A stretch of DNA of 64,000 nucleotides from Lama glama (lineage: Eukaryota), in contig CM052818.1 of NCBI GenBank assembly GCA_028534125.1, positions 43,216,001 through 43,280,000 of the forward strand. The letters run 5' to 3'. The notes beneath the pieces are model-generated. The model did no database searches. It was not told the origin of the DNA and saw only the letters and a program-made list of their open reading frames with translations. Of the stretch, positions 1 through 12,639 are shown piece by piece. Numbering within the stretch: position 1 is the stretch's first letter; the number at the start of each line of letters is the position of its first letter. The translations under genes and the position numbers were made by a program.

Positions 1-794
1 TGGGATGTTTCTTTTAATCAATGTCATCTTATAGTTGCTGTCAATGAGACATCAGTCACGATGTCTGTGCCGTGGTCTGTGCACGCACATCAAAAGCAAC
101 ACCACTGGAATTTAGAAGAAACTTCCAGAAAGGAAATGTGGAAATATTTCTAACCCTCAGCATCAAATTAACTGCAGGGAGGGGAGGAGTGAGGTGAAAA
201 ATCAGAAATTTAGAGTAATATTTCAAAAGGAGGAATAAACATTTCAAATCTAGATGAATGGCTTTTAGTTCCTTATGAATTGTTTTAAGTTCAGCAACAA
301 CATCAAGACTTATGATGACATTGATTGGATAAACACAGGGTTGACAACTCTGAGTTGAAAAGGGATTCAAAAGAATCAAACTACAAGTGTGAAGAAATTT
401 TAAGAATAACTTAACCAATTTAATTTTGAGTAGATCTCAAAAAGCTCTTTCAAGAATAACACAGTAAGAATTCTATATAATAAGTGCAGTGTGTTGCAAC
501 TGTCAATACACCAGCTGTATTTTATGTCTCAGCAGCACACAGCACAGTGGCGCGTGTTGTGATCGGTAATGTCCTGGCCTCACTGCGATGAAGTATTCAC
601 ACGCCTGCTCCTCCAGACCGCGAGCTCCTCCAAGTCAAGCGCCATGTGTTACTCATCCTTGTGTTCTTCCCGCCAAGTACAACATTTGGCTTAGGGAGAA
701 AGGTACTAAATAAATATAGGAATAAACAAATGAAAGATTCATTTTTGTGTGTACAGCTTGTCTCCCTCAACTGAGGCACAGAGTCTTGGATTGA

Positions 795-1250
795 TTCTTT
801 GATTTATGCACCAGGAACTTACTGGGTTCCTCTTGTGTCAGGCATTAAAAATGTTAAAAAAAAAAAAAAAAGACATACAGTTCCTGCTTTCAAAGAGCCC
901 ATGGACTAGTGAATAGTTATAGGTACAGAAAGACGTCCAAGCCTGCACTGAGCGCTCCCGATTCAGTGGAAGCATACAAAAGGGTGAAATGAAGTCAGAC
1001 TACGTGAGGGAAAGGGAGCTTGAGCTGAGACTTAAATGAGGAGAACAAATATTCAAGACAAGTGAAGTAAGGTAGCTCTTCTAGGTACACAGAGCAGTAT
1101 CCACAGAGCAAAGGGAACAGGGAACTGCCAGGAGCCCAGTGTGACAAAGAACCAAGTATATGTGTACAGGAAGTTAGAAATAGTGGGGCATGAAGCTGGA
1201 GGAAAAACGGAAGGAAGTTTGTGGAGACTTTTACGCCATGATTAATCTGA
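795..1250 (-). mobile_element. L2 LINE 3' fragment
   Basis: Degenerate antisense L2 tail (acttactgggttcctcttgtgtcaggca...cagttcctgctttcaaagagcccatggactagtg...ttgagctgagactt). Confidence 0.6.
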
Positions 1251-2591
1251 TAAGCTTACAATTCATAAAAAATATTCTGCAAATGATATAAAGCAAAACC
1301 TTACACAGACGTAACTCCCGATGAATCATGGAAAGATGCTATGGGCTAATGTCTGACATGAGGGACCAGCGTAGAGAAAGGAGCTAGAGAGACTTTCTCC
1401 CCGGTGGGCTGATGGGACAGACAGAAGGAGATGAGAACAAACTACCCACCACACATCAAATAGACAATAGTGCATTGTGCGTTTCCCTGGGAACCATTTC
1501 TGTTTCTTTGTTTATCCATTTGCTATTTTCAGGAGTTTAATAGCATTGCTCATCTCCAAGGTATGCGAGTTTGACCCTGGAGGGGACAGGCAATTTAACT
1601 TCTGAATTTGAATGGAAGATTAAGGAAGGGGTTAGTGATGTTGACATTTGCATGCCAATAAGTGTGTCAGCAAATGGAAGAGAGGTTCATTACTGGAATG
1701 TGACCCTTGAAAGTGTCATATTGACAATGCCGGAGAAAATCACCGCGGTGTGGACCAGGAGTCAGGCAATCAGATTAGGTTAGTTAGATCCCAGCAGAAG
1801 TCAAAGATCCTGCCACATCTATTTTAATTTATTCTCTCTCAACATTATTTCCTCTAGTCTTCATAATAGATTCCATTATTTACATATTGATCTCTCCATT
1901 AGAATCCAAGACCTCTGAACCATGCCTCCACTGTCAATCATTTCTGCATTTTCCCACAATGTCACTCAAACAGGTAGTGTTAAAATAGGAACTCTGGAAA
2001 TTGTTTGGATTTGTTCAGGTTCCGGGTCATTTTACCATTTTAAATTTCCTAAGTATAAAATCCCAGACATGATGCATGATTACTGTGCCTGGTGTGTGTG
2101 TTTCACCTGGTCCTTCTTCTAAAGACTTGTGTTAGCTACTTTCAGTGTCTCTCATGATTCAAGTGAAATTTAAAGTATATGCTGTGGTTTTAATGGTTTT
2201 AGGTGAGGCGCACATGGTATATAGTGTCCTGTATATTATTTTGTGTGACAAGCTGAGGTTGCTTGCTGATCAATAGTACTTTTATATAGTTTCCTTTAAT
2301 TTTTTTATGGTCATATAGCCAGTGTGCATTTTCCAGCTTCTCTAAGAGGTAGGTGTTTTGTAAACAAAAAATATAGGTATACACAACTTGCAGGTTTGAG
2401 AGGTGATGGTTGGTTTGTTAGAGTAGCAAAGGTCTTCTTAACCCCTCCTCCGCTTACAAAAGCACATTAGGAAATTCTGACTGGAAGTAGAAAGCCAGGG
2501 ATACCCAGGGGAATAGTAACCGAACTTACGAGGAAGGAAGACTGGCCAATCAACGGAGAAGTCAGGAGTTGAAACCGCCAAGTTCAGAGTC

Positions 2592-3170
2592 ATGGCAAGT
2601 CTGATGCTTCTGTCCTCCTCTGTTCAGAGTCATGAAGGAGGAAGAGGCCACATGGGTCCCGGGCTCTTAGAAAGCGAATTCTCCTCCATGTGGGTGGCTG
2701 ACTCAGAGTTCAAGCACAGAAATGTGGAACAAGATGCAGTTACAGGGAAAAAATTCCAGACTGAGCCCATGGAAGAGGAATTGTTTAAAAGTAACTGAGA
2801 GAATGAAGTTCCCAGTTTACCTGGCTGGAGCTTACAGCGGCATCCAGATTCAATGAGGAACTGGAGTAAAATTTGAAATTCAGACGGAGAACTGATGAGG
2901 CCATGTTGTGTGGAGTGAGGGAGAGGGAGGTCCGGAGGCTGTGGGTGGAGACTCTCAGGGCTCAGATAGCTTCATGCACTCGCCCTGGGGAGGCTGAAGG
3001 AGGCCATGTCCAGATCTCACCCTTTACATCCTGATCATTGAGTTCTCACTGGCGGCAGACTGGGAAGAGCAGAGTCGACAAGCGTTGGCCTTTAGAACCT
3101 CAGATGCGTCAGTCAAGACAGGCCAAGACCAACATCGTCAGAGTCACAGCACACAGGGGGAGCTTTATCC
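2592..3170 (+). pseudogene. Possible highly decayed coding relic with collinear resemblance to centromere protein P (CENP-P)
   Basis: Motifs LESE (2667), LQRH (2832), KFEIQ (2869), VVWSEG (2905-2922) and PDLTL...L..D...ALAFRT (to 3099) occur in the same order as in CENP-P recalled from memory. Several stops and at least one frameshift. Similarity is weak. Confidence 0.3.
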
Positions 3171-5594
3171 ATTAAACTATGAACTATCCACCACTTTGCT
3201 CTTAACGGACTTAACATTATTTGTGAGATATTATTAAGAGAATCCTATAAAGATGGCTTGTTTGTAAGATGTACTTGAAACTACTCAAAACTCATGTTAT
3301 AGTAAGGCCACACAATGATCCGTTCTAATAATCACAGATTACAAAGTAATTATTTTTAGAACACTGGCAATGATTCGAGCAATGGGAGAGGAACAGGTGA
3401 TAAAGTGAAAGTCGGAGCCAAATTAAAGATTGGGAAACTCAAAGTTGGGAATGTTGAATGAGACTGAAACAAAACAGACTGGCGGAAAGCAAGGTTCCTT
3501 TTTGTTAAAAGCTAAGGGACATTGTAGGCATGTCAGATCCTCAAGAGAGGAAGGAGGGAAACTGAAGCAACCTCTTCTGAATATTTATCAGTTTCCTCTT
3601 TAATGTTATTGAACTGAGTATAACAACATGATACATGCATTCTTGAATAGCTTTGTTTTTAGGAAAAGAGAAAAAACAGGACTATGGGAGAAATAGAGTT
3701 TTGGACAAAATACTCAAAACGAATATATCTTCATGAAAAATACAGTGTGATATCAATATAACATCAACACCAACACAGTAGAAAAAATTAAAAATTGTAC
3801 AAAATGAAAAAAGAGGTAGAAAATATCTTGGAATTTATCACTAAAATAAAGGTTAATGCTCTCAGTGCCAGAGGGATGTAAACAGGTTTGAAGCAGCTAA
3901 ATTATAAAGACGAGGATAAAACACACAGAGAATAGGGAGAACTATGTGGAAAGAATTTGCAAGATAGAACAGGACATGGGCCCAAACTGAGCCAAGGCCA
4001 AAAAAAAAAAAAATGAGCTGAATAAACATCACACACAATAATCCATTCCTCTGTGGTGTGTGTTCAGCTGTCTCTGTGTAGGTTGCTTTTAGCTGCTCTA
4101 ACTTGGAACATAATGACACTAATGGAAAAAACTGTGAATAAATCAACTTGACTTCTGTATTATATGGACATCAGTCCTCTGTATACTAATTGGATATGAG
4201 CCATTTGCATTACAGACACATGAACTGGAGCAGAAACAGACTTTAAGCCCATTAATAAACACTTTCTGGTTGCCAGTATCCAGTTTTTTACATTTTTAGG
4301 CACTAGTTCATGTGCACACACATGAATTGTTTTAATAAGTTGAAATCTACTATAAGATACAACTAGATGTAAGAGTGGGCCAGGCTTATGGAATAGCATA
4401 TGCAATCACATGAGACTTGGCAAGCCATGGCATAGTTGACTCTACTGAGATTGTACATTACAACGAGGGATGTAACTTTGTGTAGAAATGATTAAGTCCA
4501 GGTGAATTCTATGGACAAAAACTTGTGATATTTCTGCAAAATGAAGAAATGTAATTGTCCCAGTGACTTAGGAAGTCAAATCCAGGGACGGAGTAGATAA
4601 AAGAACAGTCAGGCGGCTGCTGCACTGTTCAGAGATGAAGCTATGGTGAGTGTGAACCATACCAGTCCAGCAGAGATACAAACTTTGTAACAGATAGAAG
4701 AGCTGCTGTAGAAACTAGAAATTACAATTAGGTTGCAGTTCTTTGGGTGTTTCTGATCTATTCACGAAGATATAAAAATTCTGTGTTTATAAGCAGAAGG
4801 CCGGTGGGAGAAAGGAAGAGAAAACAGATCAATGGTGCTGATATATTTAAACAAGAACAACAAACTCCTAGGAAGTACTCCGCATACATAACTTAGGCGC
4901 AATTTCTTTCATGATTTGCATGGTAAACCTAGAACGTAAAGTACTGACATGCAGAAAGATCTTAAGTTTCTCCAGAATGTTCTGTGAAGTTAGTAACCAC
5001 TGATGATCATTGTCTAGATTCATTAGCTCATTGCAGGTTGAAAACTGTTAATATGCCATCATCTCTTCCTCACTCTCAGCTATAATGTTTCTATACACAA
5101 GAAATTCTGAAATCATTTATTTGGTTACCCTGCTGGCAAAGGCGTTATATATCTGTTATATTTTTAAAAATAAGTTACGTGCCTAATATGCTTTTTTTTT
5201 TTACTGTTATTATGGAGTCCTCTATTTTAAATTCCATGTATTCTATTTCATTTTGTTAGCTCCTCACTTTTTAAAAAATCTTCTGGTTCACAAGAAGTTT
5301 CCTTGAATTGGCTCCTGAGTCTTTTTGACATGACCTTTCTACTCTGATAGCTTCTGGAATGACAAGATGTTCTGGGTTTATCGTATCCCAAACAGGAGTC
5401 CTGGTTCCATGCAGAGGGAAATTGTATTTTACGAGAGTGAAATCTAGGCAACAGTAGACCAACTCACATTTAAAATGTAAATCATTGAAAATCTCACTTG
5501 AGTTGATGCTCTAATTCTGTTGCTGAGTTTCCTCAGACAAGTTTATTTTCAGGATCTTTCATTTGGTTGAGATGCAAGAGTAACTTGTAAGACA

Positions 5595-6320
5595 ATACTT
5601 CTTGAAACTTCCCAAACCTGAAGAAGGAAACAGATAAAGAGATCCGGGAAGCACAGACAGTACCAAAGATGATCACACCAAGACACTCTGCAATAAAAAT
5701 AGTAAAATTTGTAGATAAAGAGAGACTATTGCAAGCATCAAGGGAAAAGCAACAACTTATACACAACAGAACTCCTGTGAAGCTCTCAGCTGACTCTTCA
5801 GCAGAAACTCTGCAAGCCAGAAGGGAGTGCCGTAATTTATTTAAAGTGATGAAAGGGGAAAACCTGCACCCAAGAATAGTCCACCTGGCAAGGCATCATT
5901 CAGACTGAATGAAGAGATCAAATGTTTTACAGACAAGCAAGAGCTAAAAATGTTCAGCCCCACCAAACCATCTTTATAAGAAATGTTAAAGGGGCTTTTT
6001 TCTAAGTGAAAAAAGAAGGCTACAATCAGAAATATGAAAAATTATAAAAGACAAAAATCTCATTGGTAAAAACAAACAATAAAATCAGCGAAATCAACAA
6101 TAAAGCTAACAGGAAGGTTAAAAGACAAACATAGTAAAATCTCCTATACCCACCATAAGTATTTAAGGAATACATAAAACAAAATGATTTAAAATATCAT
6201 GTTGGATATAGTAAAAGTGGGGTGGGAGAATGGAAACGCACTGTTGTCAAAATGCATTGAAACTTAAAATATCAGCAGCTTTAAATAAATATGTATATGT
6301 AGAGATTTCTATATATAAAT
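5595..6320 (+). mobile_element. L1 fragment: ORF1p C-terminal region and inter-ORF spacer
   Basis: ORF 5669-5908 (TPRHSAIKIVKFVDKERLLQASREKQQL...LSADSSAETLQARREC..LFKVMKGENLHPRI) is typical L1 ORF1p C-terminus; frameshifted downstream. Confidence 0.9.
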
Positions 6321-8004
6321 CTCTATAACGTTGAGTTTGGATTCTGAAAGATTTCTGTAATACTAAACTTGTCAAATGTTGTGAATAAGATATTCTAAAT
6401 ACAAAGAAAAAAGGTATTATTTAAAAACTAAAAAAATTGTTGGCAGCACATTTAACTTGTAACTGGTTAATTATCTGGGTAAAGAGGTCTCTGGGGAAAG
6501 AGCATATACTTGCTGGGTCAACATGTCATAGAACGGGCTGTATGAGGTCATTCTTTTTGAACCTACTGTTAATATTTAAAGCAGATGATGATAAAATACT
6601 GATATGCATACAGTTCAAAATTCACTGAAGTAAGATATCAAGTTTCTTTTAAACTCTTGATAATTGTACAAATACAATGCACATAAATTTTTATGAAGTT
6701 ACATTTGTGTTCGGGTATGAAACCAAATTATAAATTGTGGACATATGAACAAATAATTATGCTCTCTTGCTGTGGAGATGAACACTTTATCTTGGAACTG
6801 CTTATTCCTCCAGGTGTTTTCAGAGTAATTTCCAGTTAATAAAAATAGTGTAATAATATACAAAAGTGAAAATTACCCTCATATAAAGCCCTCCCAGAAA
6901 AGCAGCTGAAGGTCTTTACTTGCTTAAGTGTATGGCCAGAGGTTATCAGTGCACTAATAATGGACAATAACGAGTTAGATTTTTCCAAAGCAAGTATTTT
7001 TTTCTGAGCTGGCACGGTAGATAGGCATGTTTTATGCTTGAGGCATGAACAGAATACGTTTAAAATCAAACTGATGGATTGTTACATAGAGACACTGCAG
7101 ATGGCCACAGGATATTAACATGAAACTTTCAGATAAGGAAAGAAAGATCAGGGAATGTTTAAAATTCAATTATTATGAACTCAGAATTTCAATTTTCACC
7201 CCCTTTCTAGAATAATATGATTTTTAACATCACCAAATTTGCATGTGACTCAGCATTGAAAAAAACAAAAAACAAAAAACAAAAGAGTGTCAGATCATCA
7301 ATAATTCAAACTGTGCTTCCTGTTAGATAGACATTTCATTTTCTTGCTATCCCTAAACACCCTTCTAGGAAAGTGACTGTACTCTAGTTTCACTCCTTGG
7401 AAACCAGACAGTGTTCGTACAAAGACTTCTAGATTAAAATTCTTGAACTATACTGGTCGAAAGACAAAATTCCTCCCCTAAGCTAACTCACTGTAACATC
7501 CCTTTAAAATAAAACTAAGTGAACATGCTCCCTTTCTCTTCCATTACTGCTTGTATAGTGTGCGCAATCAGAACAGGTCAAGGCGTTTCAGATGAGTGGG
7601 CAGAGAAAAGCTCAGATTCTGCTTCTGCAGGTGCACTGACTCGACAGCCCTAGCAACTCATACCTTATTATGAGCAGGTAACAGGCAAAGGAGCGGGCAT
7701 CCCTATTTACAGCAACAGATGTACAATGTGGACTCAAAGCTGCAACATTTGCTTTCATTTTTTGCTTCTTACTGGACAGTACTTTTGAGAAAGTTTCTTA
7801 ACCCCTTTGGGCCTGTTTCCTCGTTTATGAAAATGTGCATCAAAAAAGCCACCACTTAGAATTTTGGTGGCTTTTGACATTGGACTGAGTCCAATGGCTA
7901 GCAATGTGATTTACAAAATTATATCCTTAGATATTCTTTCTTCATCCTTCTAAGGCTTCTAAAGAAGCATTCATGCCCTTTAAAAATTTTCCCTGACCAT
8001 TAAT

Positions 8005-8240
8005 AATGATAATAATAGCAGTTATCATTCTTTGAGCCCTTATTCTGTGGCTGTTCTAAGGATTGGCAAGGATCCTCTCACTATATGTGGAAGGTTCTAT
8101 TGTTACCCTCATTTTACAGATCAGAAAGCTGAAACTCAAGGAATGTAAGTCATATCATCAAGTCTCCACAGTGGTACATGGGAGAGTGAGGACTCAGATC
8201 GAGCTGTCTGAGAGGAAGTCCTTGATCTCCACATTGCGGT
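8005..8240 (-). mobile_element. MIR SINE
   Basis: MIR core: ttaccctcattttacagatcagaaagctgaaactcaaggaatgtaagtca. Confidence 0.75.
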
Positions 8241-8789
8241 TTTCCACCCACACTGTGATGCTCACTGCATGTGGTACTCCTCATTCATGGGATTTACTGA
8301 ACTATACTGTACTTGTCTCCCTGTCTCTACATCATCAGATCCTGGAGGGAATGGACCACTTCCACATCCAACTACAGGAGGTAAGAAATGGAAGGCACAC
8401 AAAGCATTAAAAAAAAAAAACAGTGCTTGTGAAAGTTTAGCATGAAATATATTTCGATAAGAAAGAGTTAAACAGCAAAACACAGCTCTCATGAGTGTAA
8501 GAATAGCTGTGGTCCGCACTGCAGGGAATAATAGAAAATGCTACCCAGGAAGTAGCTACAGAAAATGCAATCAACATTTTATGTTCCTGCACCTTCCTCT
8601 TTACATTAAAGTCTTAGGTGGGCAAGAATGTTTTCTCATTAATTTTTTAGCCCCTATGTCTAACAGTATGTCAGATACAAAGTAATGATTTAAAGAATGT
8701 TTATCAAATTGACCACACATTTGAAGTATTTTCTTTATTCCAAAAGTGGGGGCAGTTTATTAAGCCCTCCATTCTGCCCAAGAAGTCAA

Positions 8790-9210
8790 ATATGTATAGA
8801 TCTTAGGAAGCTGATATTAAAATTCATGAAGAATCATAAATGTGCAAGAATGGTCAAAGTAATTCTAAGAAAGGATAGGATAGTGGCTTTGCCTTACTAC
8901 ATATTATATACCAAAATGCTATTAATTAGGTGAGTAGGATATGATACAGATTTGACCAACAAGTCAATGAAATAAAAGATTAGAAAACTGAGCTTATACA
9001 TATGTAAGACCTGATGTATAAAATAGTAACATACTTTGTCTGAATAAGTATTTCAACTGAGTAGTGAAAAATAAATTATTGAACAAATGGCTTTGGGTTA
9101 GTTGAGTATCCACACCACTGTGGGTGTCTGTGTAGGGGATCAAGTCAGGATATTCTCCATAGTAAATTCTAGGTAGATTAAAAAGGAATTTGTATAAATA
9201 AAACAAAGGT
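8790..9210 (+). mobile_element. Old L1M ORF2 fragment, host of the younger L1
   Basis: Degenerate ORF2-like translation (DLRKLILKFMKNHKCARMVKVILRK) and L1-like nucleotide pattern. Confidence 0.6.
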
Positions 9211-10012
9211 ATCACCAGAATGGCCATGATTCAAAAGTCCATGAATGATAAAATGCTGGGTAGGGTGTGGAGAAAAGGGAATCCACCTACACTGCTGGTG
9301 GAAATGTAGTTTGGTGCAGCCATTACGGAAAACAGTATGGAGATTCTTCAAAAGACTAAGAATAGACTTATCAGGTGATCCAGCAATCCCACTCCTGGGC
9401 ATGCATCCAGAGAGAACTCTAATTTGAAAAGATACACGCACCCCAGTGTTCACAGAAACACTATATACAATAGCCAAGACATGGAGGCAACCTAAATTGC
9501 CACTGACAGAGGACTGGATAAAGAAGTTGTGGTATATTTATACAATAGAATACTACTCAGCCATAAAAAAGAAGAAAATAATGCCATTTGCAGTGACATG
9601 GATGGACCTAGAGATCATCATTCTAAGTGAAGTAAGCCAGAAAGAGAAAGAAAAATACCATATATCACTCATATGTGGAATCTAAAAAAAAAAAAAAAAG
9701 AAAAAGAAAGAAAAAAGGGACACTGTGAACTCATCTACAAAACAGAAATGGACTCACAGACATAGTAAACAATCTTATGGTTACTGGAGAAAGGGGCTGG
9801 GATGGGATAAATTTGGGAGTTTGAGACTTACAAATGTTAGCCACTATATATAAAAGTAGATTTTAAAAAGTTTCTGCTGTATAGCACAGGGAACTATGTT
9901 CAATATCTTGTAATAACCTTTAATGAAAAAAATATGAAAACAAATATATATATATGTACATGCATGACTGGGACATCATGCTGTTCACCAGAAACACTGT
10001 AACTGACTCTAC

Positions 10013-10043
<31 letters not shown>

Positions 10044-10090
10044 CATACATACATACATAAATAACAAAAGACAAAACAAAACAAAAATAA
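9211..10090 (+). mobile_element. Younger 5'-truncated L1 (ORF2 C-terminus, 3'UTR, tail), camelid-type
   Basis: ORFs 9245-9427 ([31 protein letters not shown]) and 9446-9685 ([17 protein letters not shown]...LSEVSQKEKEKYHISLICGI*) are the L1 ORF2 end; followed by a 3'UTR and an A-rich/(TACA)n tail. Confidence 0.93.
10014..10059 (+). repeat. (TACA)n tetranucleotide microsatellite, ~11 units, in the L1 tail
   Basis: Direct reading of tacatacatac... Confidence 0.95.
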
Positions 10091-11039
10091 ACCCATAAAT
10101 GAAAATCTAGAAAGCTGTTAGAATAAAGATACTGTGTTCTCTTTAGAGTTACTAGAATATCACAAACTTCTAAATTTCATGTACTCTGTTGTTTCTCTGT
10201 GCCTCGTGTGACACTATACTGAACACTGAACGGATCTCCTGACATCATTATTAATTGTGGTATTCTCTGAGTGAGGTGGATTGAAATAAATATCTCATCC
10301 CTCGGAACCTCTATTTTTAAAGGAGTTTATTCAAATTTATGTTTGGATGTGGATTTGGTTGCTCTGTCTAGACATGACGCAGGTGGATCTCTTGGCATTT
10401 GGGGCCGATTATAAGTGACTAGTTGTTCTTGTCACCTTTTGCTCTGACCTCGGTGATGGGACAGTATATTTTCAGACATCAGCAAAACTTAAGAATGTGG
10501 CTCGTGTTGTAGAGGCTTATGAAAAAGGGAATGCCAAGGCACAGTTTCAGAGCTGGTTTGGTTCCTGGTGAGTGAAATACTATTATTAGTATCATCTGCT
10601 GTGAAGGAGCATGAAACATAACACATTTCAGCAAGCGAACCCATAAGTAAGAAAATGGTTTTTTTGTGCTTCAGTGAACTTGAATGAGATTAGAAAATCA
10701 ACCTATGTATTCCAATGTTAAGTCATTGTTAATATCTGGCATCATTAAAAACAAAAACATGAATATTTCACAACAAAAAGTTTGGGCAGCAATTAATGAA
10801 AGATAAATAAAAAGCAGGTACATTTTGGAAGATAAGAAACATCTGTGTTGGTTTTAGTGTGTAGGACATTATTGGATCCATTGATCTGCACTATCTCAGA
10901 TAAAGTTTTGTTAACTAAATTTTGCATGAAAGTTTTGCATTTGATATTAACCATGTTGCCTTAGAAGTCTAGATAATTTATATTTATTTATCAAGGTACT
11001 TCTTAGATGTCACGTGCTCACCTTCATTGGGGCAATGAT

Positions 11040-12210
11040 AGAAGTGCAATCGTCCCATCTCTTTCCTGAGTCATCAGTTTCTCTCTTTATTGGATCCCTC
11101 TTAACATCTTATGCACAGATGTAAAAATCAATCCTCATTTGACTGACATGAATATATTCTTTACTTATGTATAGGGAAACAATAACGAACAACGTGCCTC
11201 TAGATGTCCCCACATCCTTCCCTCTCATGTTCTTTCCTCCACTGGGTCCCCATCACTGTGCAGCTTCTTTTCTTACCATGATTGTCAGTGACCTGCTTGT
11301 GGACATACCCAATAGTCACTGATCCTTGACTTGACTTCACAGAAGAATTTGACAAATTGACCATTTCTTCTTGGCTTTTTGATTGAATAGCGATCTGATT
11401 TCCCCTGACTTCACTGGCCATTCTGCATTAGATTAAAAACATATATTCCTGGTTTTCCTCCCTGCATAAATTCCAAATATTAGGAAATTTTAGGACATAG
11501 TATAGATCTCCCTTCCTTTTTTATCTACAAATTATCAGTAAGTGACCTCATTCAGTCTATGGTTCATAAATTTTTTTCCCAGCCTCACTATTTCCCAATT
11601 AGGCCAAACGTACATACATGCATCTTCATGTTGTTCTGTCCTTCTTTCTTGAATAGCTTCTCCTTTGATCCAACTTCTCCAGCCAAAAAATTAGTTTCTT
11701 CTCATTCATTCATCCACATGCAATCCATCAAGAAATCCTACCAACTTTATTTCCAAAATATATGCCAAGTAGAAGTAAATCACATCATTTCAATCTCACC
11801 GTGCCCATGCTGCTTAGAGCAGTCAGCATTTTATATTATAACTCCTGCAAAAGCCTCCTAACCTTGCTTCTGCATTCATTCCCTATAATTAATTCACTTC
11901 TCATTCAGATATCTAATTATATATATATAAAAAAGATCACATTTATCCCTTTATGCATCTCTTGTAGTTTCACATCTTAGTAAAAATCCTAACACTTTTT
12001 ATAACTAGAGCTCAGTTTGAATGCCATCTCCTTAGAGGAGACTTCCTGATCATTCAGTCTAAAATTCTACCTGTTCCCTTGCTGTTTCTTAGCATGAAGT
12101 TCCATAACATAAGAACCTTGGCTCTCTTGTTTTCCCTCGATTTCCACTAACTAGAAAGGCATCTGACATAGAGAAGTTGATCAACAGATATCATTTGAAA
12201 GAATATGTGA
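11040..12210 (+). mobile_element. L2 LINE 3' portion (degenerate)
   Basis: L2 hallmarks: atccacatgcaatccatcaagaaatcctaccaactttatttccaaaatat, tgaatgccatctccttagaggagacttcctga, 3' tail ending gaaagaatatgtgaat. Confidence 0.7.
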
Positions 12211-12639
12211 ATTCATGTTGCTGTTTATTTGCCATCTTTTACACTGATTTTTGATCTCCATGAGACCAATGACAAATGGTGACTCTTTGTATCATCTATA
12301 ATCTCTGTGTGGCAGAGGAAAATCAACGTATCGGTGAATTTTTGAATAAATGTAAAAATCACTAACATGGCTTCCACCATCAGATTTCTCAATAGTTCTC
12401 AACAATGAGATCCAAATGCAAAATTATCTCATTTCATAGTATATGATTTGAAGAAAAGAGCAGTATAGAAGTCGGAGGGGAGGTGAACAGTGTTTGTAAA
12501 CAGAGAATTTCTAAAAAGGAACCGATCGGTACCTAAAGGAATCCACTGAGAAGAATACCGTTTACAGATGTGAAGAAGCAAAGAAATAGTGAAGACATAC
12601 GTTACGGCCAGGGGGATGGTGACACAGACAGATGGATCA

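Noticed and set aside
1533..1560. 28-nt micro-exon-like segment (ttttcAG...aag|GTATGC)
   Set aside because: No partner exons or recognisable peptide; such motif pairs arise often by chance.
7844..7875. Hairpin AAAAGCCACCA-10 nt-TGGTGGCTTTT
   Set aside because: 11-bp stem inside a decayed MIR-like fragment; too short for a pre-miRNA, and intrinsic terminators are not relevant in this genome.
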